This document shows positions 7,772 to 9,826 of a stretch of DNA of 9,826 bases, piece by piece (the stretch's first letter is position 1; each line of letters opens with the position of its first letter). Source of the DNA: a virus (taxonomy: Duplodnaviria; Heunggongvirae; Uroviricota; Caudoviricetes); IMG/VR virus record IMGVR_UViG_2617270990_000005, positions 1 through 9,826 of that record. One strand, given 5' to 3'. A program made the translations under genes and the position numbers. The notes under the pieces were generated by a model that did no database searches, was not told where the DNA came from, and worked only from the letters and a program-made list of their open reading frames with translations.

Positions 7772-7789
7772 GCCTGTAGTGGTTGTTAG

Positions 7790-8302
7790 TTATCCCATGC
7801 CCAGCGCAGACATTACGCGGGAAGGGTAAATATTTTCGTCGTTGCGTTTGTACACGAAGTTCAGCAGGTCAATTTCCCAGATGGGCTTATCGTCAATTGA
7901 CAGCTTGTAGTACGTGTTTTTAATGGCGTAGGTTACGGACGTATCTTCGCCCTGCTTGCTTTCGCCGCCGTCGATTTCGGTGAATTTGCCGCGCATTTCC
8001 ACGTCAACGATCTGACTCTCGCCGGATGTGTAATATTCCCCGGTGAATCGGATAAGCGTTCCGTCCAGATCGCCGCCGTATTCCAGTAGCAGAGCCTGAA
8101 CCAGGCCGCCTACAACCATCGTGGCATCAAGCGCGCCGCTATCCAGTCCGAGATCGACAGCAACAGAGCCAATCATCCCGCCGCCCTGATAGTCGTCAGT
8201 TTTGCGGGTCAGTTTTGGCAGCGTGACAGATGTCACTTTGCCGATATTGTTCACGCTGTTCACAAAGCAGGTGAACAGCCGTAGTTTTGGTGGAATCGCC
8301 AT
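7790..8302 (-). CDS. FII: Major tail tube protein (P2 FII-like)
   Basis: 170-aa ORF containing ...VTLPKLTRK...GGGMIGSVAVDLGLD..., matching the conserved tube-protein core as I recall it. GGGAG Shine-Dalgarno upstream; ATG abuts the sheath stop codon. Confidence 0.9.
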   Translation of the reverse strand: MAIPPKLRLFTCFVNSVNNIGKVTSVTLPKLTRKTDDYQGGGMIGSVAVDLGLDSGALDATMVVGGLVQALLLEYGGDLDGTLIRFTGEYYTSGESQIVDVEMRGKFTEIDGGESKQGEDTSVTYAIKNTYYKLSIDDKPIWEIDLLNFVYKRNDENIYPSRVMSALGMG

Positions 8303-9309
8303 TTAGTTACTCCCCAGAGACGAAAACGCGCCTTCAAAATATTCATCGGTGAACGTCTGGATCAGCGTCAAATCTTCCATCGGTGGCACCGGCGTGTACT
8401 TGTAGCGGATCGCCACTTTGCCCTGAATCAGGTTTGCGGTTCCGTTGTCCACGATGTCAAACCAGGCTTCCGCGCCAAGCAACTTGCCAGCTGTGACCAG
8501 TGCACTGAGTTTCTTGTTAATCGCGCTCACCACGTCTTTCACGTTGGTCGGGGTGAGTGGCCCGTCAATGGTTTCAAATTGCGCCTCTGCGATGGTGTCC
8601 GCCAGGATTTGCGCCGTGCGGGTGTACACCTCAAACACAAATTCATTGGTGTCTGTGGTGCGGTTACCCCAGAAACGGAAGCCATTACGCTTGATGATGG
8701 TGGTGATTTCGGCGTTGTTCAGCGTCTGTGCGTCACTGTCTTCAGCCTGAAGCGCCCAGAAAACATCCTTCGAAATGCCAAGCGCATTGCTGACGGCAAT
8801 GTTAGATAGCGAGCGGTGCCAGCCGTACTGGTTATCAATAAACGCGCGCAGCCCTACCGCATAGGCCGGGGCCGGGAATACTTCATTTTCCCCGGACACC
8901 TGGTTATATGCGATGTAGTCAGGCCAGATCAGCGTGAGTTCGCGTGATGCGAAGGTTTTACGATACGCGAGGGCTTCCGCCAGCGTCTTGCAGCCGTTAC
9001 AGCTTGCATAAACATAGGCGCGAAGCTGTTTGGCGATCACACAAAGCTGTGCCGTCACTTCTTCGGTGTCGTATTCAGGAACCGCCAGGATGCGCGGTCG
9101 ATACTGTGTCTTCTGTTCGGCAGTCAGAAGCGCATACATGCCGGTGTAGTTACCTTCAGCATCAGAGCCACCGATAATCAGTTGCACTTGCGTTTCCGCT
9201 TCTGCGTCGCCTTCCAGCGGCTTGGCTGCGGCGACACGAACAACAATGACTTTCGCGCTTGCCTGGTCTGAAATGGCTTTCAGCGTTTTGTACAGCGTCC
9301 CTGTTTTCC
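8303..9309 (-). pseudogene. FI: Contractile tail sheath protein (P2 FI-like), 5'-truncated by IS insertion
   Basis: Frame is open from stop (8303..8305) up to the IS junction at about 9309/9310 with no plausible start codon. The translation begins mid-protein (GKTGTLYKTLKAISDQ...), aligning with P2 FI from roughly residue 65 onward (from memory). The six-frame ORF 8303..9187 begins at an internal GTG. Confidence 0.85.
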
Positions 9310-9826
9310 CATAAGCGCTAACTTAAGGGTTGAACCATCTGAAGAATGCGACGCCTCGGTGCCTCGTTAAGACGATGCCTCGCGTTCTTCAATTGCGTTT
9401 TGTAGGCTGTCAGGGATACTGTCCCACGAATGGCCACCTGTAAGCTCCAGATGACCATTTTTGTTATTCTCCACAACGAGTTAGTTCTTCTTTTCGGATC
9501 CGGCACTTCTGGGGGGGAAATCCAGCGATGGCTGGATTATGTCGTCAATTAAAAATGCGGCGAGTAGATTAGCAAATATCCACGCTTTCGCGAGTTCAGG
9601 TTCCTTTGCACGCAAAGCATCCAGGTGCAGCAAACTTTTGAGCCGCTTAAAAGCCAGTTCAATTTGCCATCGCAGACGGTAACAATCAGCCACTTGCTCT
9701 GCTGAATATTCATCTTCCGGTAATGATGTTAGCAATAGCACATGGCCCGCTGCTTCCAGCGTTTCCGCCTGAACTACTCGTCCTTTTCGACGATTCTCGC
9801 TGAGCAGTCGGGTTTTACTGATTAAT
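9310..9826 (-). mobile_element. IS4-family insertion sequence, IS186-like; partial, continues past the window end
   Basis: 9310..9332 reads CATAAGCGCTAACTTAAGGGTTG, which I recall as the IS186 terminal inverted repeat (not database-checked). It is adjacent to a CCCTGTTTTCC flank (9299..9309) and contains the C-terminal part of a transposase gene. Confidence 0.7.
9481..9825 (-). CDS. IS4-family DDE transposase, C-terminal part (5' end outside window)
   Basis: Frame is open from the window edge to stop at 9481..9483. Contains YRLRWQIELAFKRLK, an exact fit to the IS4-family Y-(2)-R-(3)-E-(6)-K signature. Confidence 0.8.
   Translation of the reverse strand, partial: LISKTRLLSENRRKGRVVQAETLEAAGHVLLLTSLPEDEYSAEQVADCYRLRWQIELAFKRLKSLLHLDALRAKEPELAKAWIFANLLAAFLIDDIIQPSLDFPPRSAGSEKKN

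Noticed and set aside
7414-7779. Plus-strand 121-aa ORF opposite gpE
   Set aside because: Antisense to gpE and the E/E' overlap; Ser/Val/Arg-rich with no start signal.
8445-9177. Plus-strand ORFs 8445..8750, 8579..8809 and 8944..9177
   Set aside because: Antisense to the sheath gene; judged shadow ORFs.
9318-9506. Minus-strand 62-aa ORF at the IS186-like terminus
   Set aside because: Lies in the IS terminal and 3' untranslated region, overlaps the transposase stop and has no recognisable features.
1-9826. CRISPR arrays, tRNA or rRNA genes, and tandem repeats
   Set aside because: No regularly spaced direct repeats, no tRNA-like structures and no rRNA-like sequence were seen by eye; the window is almost fully accounted for by protein-coding genes and IS DNA.

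Overview
The window is a decaying P2-type (contractile-tail) prophage segment in an enterobacterial, E. coli/Shigella-like background, disrupted by two insertion sequences. I did not find a clearly novel multi-gene system; the most interesting element is a single AT-rich cargo gene. All family assignments are from reading the translations by eye and from recalled sequences, with no database search run. Layout, left to right: (1) an IS629-like IS3-family element (orfA/orfB, window starts inside its end) inserted at the 5' side of a tail-fibre gene; (2) the surviving tail-fibre C-terminal fragment and a tail-fibre assembly chaperone on the + strand, both lower in GC; (3) a strongly AT-rich cargo gene on the - strand encoding a polytopic acyltransferase-3 family protein (Oac/OafA-like), a candidate lysogenic-conversion gene; (4) converging on the - strand, a P2-like tail module: sheath (FI, 5'-truncated by an IS186-like IS4-family element), tube (FII), chaperone E with its -1 frameshift extension E', tape measure (T) and U. 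No gpD homologue follows U. No tRNA, rRNA or CRISPR array was seen. GC statements are by-eye estimates.
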